From Bispira polyomma (lineage: Eukaryota): DNA of 64,000 nt. This document shows positions 61,611 through 64,000 of the stretch, one piece after another. Below the pieces are notes generated by a model, which did no database searches, was not told the origin of the DNA, and worked only from the letters and a program-made list of their open reading frames with translations. Numbering within the stretch: position 1 is the first letter of the stretch; each line of letters starts with the position of its first letter. Location of the stretch: positions 31,496,001 to 31,560,000 of the forward strand of contig OZ287757.1 in assembly GCA_965649765.1 (NCBI GenBank), given 5' to 3'. Both the position numbers and the translations under genes were made by a program.

Positions 61611-64000
61611 ACCTTGCCAGCGTCGCTACAGTCATGACCTCTGTACATGAAATAGCTAGAAAAATAGTGAAAATGATTTTCCTGTCTCATACGCCTTATA
61701 ATCCGCAAGTATGGAGATTAGGCCATATAAAAGTTAGATTAGATTGATCTCTAGAAATTATTAATCTCACAATACTTGCAAAGTTAGACCTTGTATTTAC
61801 AAATATACACATGTTGTTGACAAAATAATTGCCACCTGCAATTTCTGTTGTAAAGTAACGTTTGTGACATTCACTTCATAATGACTGGCCTCTCAGAAAT
61901 TTTGGTTTGAATCCTGTTCCTTCATATGGGAAAGTTTATCATGTGTTTGCAGAATCTGATTCCTTCATATGGGAAAGTATCAGGTACTTGCTGTTGGTAG
62001 TTAGTGGTTACTAGTGCTTCAGTACTTGTTTTGTATACCCTTGAATCTGGGCTGCCATGATATATGATCTAGTCTGTTAAAACCTAAATCTAAATTATAA
62101 ATTATTTTTGTGGTACTCTTTAGAGCCAAAATAATTTAATAAATTTCACTAAACTTACTGCAAAACTTATGTAATTTACTGGTAGTGTTGCTTAATGTTA
62201 CCTACACGCTTTATTTTTGGAAAAGAGTCTTTTTGAGATCCAAAAAGCTAAATATGAACAAAATAATGACTGCTGTCTACTGACATTTGCAAATGCATTT
62301 GTCTGCTTGACACATAACACACAGTGGCTGCCAAGACCGAGCTAAATATAGTACTAGGTGAAAGACTGGAGAGACTGTACTCCTTCTGTTATTGTATTCC
62401 TGGGGCCATCTTCTCAAATGAAACTCTGAGCACAAACTCAGATTATACTCAGGTAAAGGCTATGTCTAAACTCATTTATATGAAAATAGCATACACTTGT
62501 GACCATTCATTTTAATAGAGCTTTCAGTACTGAAATATAATATACAGTTAGCTTTTACTTCTGATGTTTTTTTAAACTGATATTAAGAGTTGAGTTTGGC
62601 TATGGTTCTTTGGTTAAGATTATGCACCCGGTTATAAATCCGCATTTAAAGCACTTTGCTATTGTTACTTGTCACTGCAACACCATTGTATACGTCTTCA
62701 GCAAGCAATGATTTACAAGAAAGCTCCCCCATGAAACATGTGCATGTGTATCATAGGCAACGTCTAGTTTAGTATTATTCCTCTATTACTAGTTCATGGC
62801 TGTGTCACAGACATGAGGTATATCAGTTAAAATACCCACATTCCATTTATCATAGTAGGCAAATGGCGTATTAATATTTTCTCAAATGATGTTATCTGCT
62901 GGCAGTGACAATTTTTGGTGTGTTACAAAGAAACCAGGATTTTATTGTTTCAATCAAGGTCACGTGATCTAGTTATGATTCAAAACACAAACCCAATGGA
63001 CTTAACTTTTAATTTAATTTGGATTATTTAGAATAATATACTTTCATATTACAGATATCCACATCTTGTTAATAAGCTAAGATCCTCAAACCCCATGACC
63101 TTGAAAGTTGCTGAAGGATTGATAACCACACTAGAGAGTTTAAAGTGCCCTTTCTTTGAAAACCCTTCTCAAACGGTTTCCTTTGTGGGAGAAAGTTTCC
63201 CTGTACTTTTTGTTGGTCGATTGCAAATAAAAATAAAACCACCGAAAAAAATAAAAAAAAAAGAATAGAAAAATAGCACTAAAAGAAAAAACACAATGTC
63301 GTGAAAGAGGAACAGCCAAGGTAGCAATATTTATATTACCTTATAAAAAATATATATTTATTTGAGCTTAGTTGTTGTGGATTTATATGCATTTTCCGAG
63401 AGCCTATTTCAATGATAGTACTTGTATATCACATGGTAACAGACAGATAAGTCATCCCTTTGTATCTGCATAATCCTGTCATAATTCATCAGGTTTCAGC
63501 TATAAGTTGATCTGCAAAAGTAGGTCATTCTCTCAGGCAAATAAAATACAAGAAACAGTATTTAGGGCAATAATAAACTTGGGGATATGTTATTTTTATG
63601 TATTATTTATTTTTCATGGTGATAAATTATATGTAATAAAAACAATTAAGATATTGCACTAACACAAGATAACGCCCAGCCCTAAATGCCTGCTTTTTAA
63701 TTATTATGAAGGGCCAGTTTTACAATAAATGTGCCTTTGCTTAAATTTACCAGCAATAATCAAACTTATATTTTTCACTTAGTAAAACTTTATTTAATTT
63801 TATGCCCATGTTAGTTGAAGTATTCACTCACTTTTATTTTATTTGGGTATTCACTCGAATATTTACCAAAAGGGTGACAAATATACAAGAACTGGATTTC
63901 CTCTTCAAACACAACTGTCACAAGGCTTACATATTTTGTTCATCAACATTTTTCTTTAGTACCTTCCTGGCTCTATATAAAAGGTGGTAAAATGCCTATT

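Larger units (their letters stand above)
52140..64000 (+). repeat. Tandem ~7-kb segmental duplication (52140-58425 versus 59590 to past the window end)
   Basis: GTACAGTTAGAGCAGTGC at 52151/59597; collinear through 56960/63985. Confidence 0.88.

Overview
AT-rich eukaryotic DNA, probably from a mollusc or similar invertebrate (inferred from the SINE types). No host gene is recognisable. A background of old, nested segmental duplications carries four divergent tyrosine-recombinase (YR) retrotransposons with a gag - RT/RNaseH - YR layout and no methyltransferase domain (Ngaro-like): E1 3044-8700 (+, degraded), E2 14911-21703 (-, degraded), E3 29630-36158 (-, lightly degraded) and E4 46056-51764 (+, all three ORFs intact). 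The window also holds six copies of a young tRNA-derived SINE with TSDs, older SINE and LINE remnants, a Harbinger-like MITE and a foldback element. Comparing the four YR elements by eye shows a shared architecture. (1) E1, E3 and E4 have no visible long terminal repeats; instead each 5' end is a hairpin followed by 6-10 nt complementary to that element's own 3' end, so a circle junction would fold into a bulged, attC-like stem-loop (an actual junction is present inside E2). (2) A splice donor in mid-gag and an acceptor just after the pol stop predict a spliced Gag(N)-YR fusion. (3) An A_AAA_AAY slippery site plus stem predicts -1 frameshifting from gag into pol. (4) A structured TCAYGYTT motif lies 360-480 nt from the 5' end. 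(5) E1 and E4 carry arrays of a TTAAGGTNACCTTAA palindrome after the YR gene. All mechanisms are inference from sequence, and novelty could not be checked against databases.
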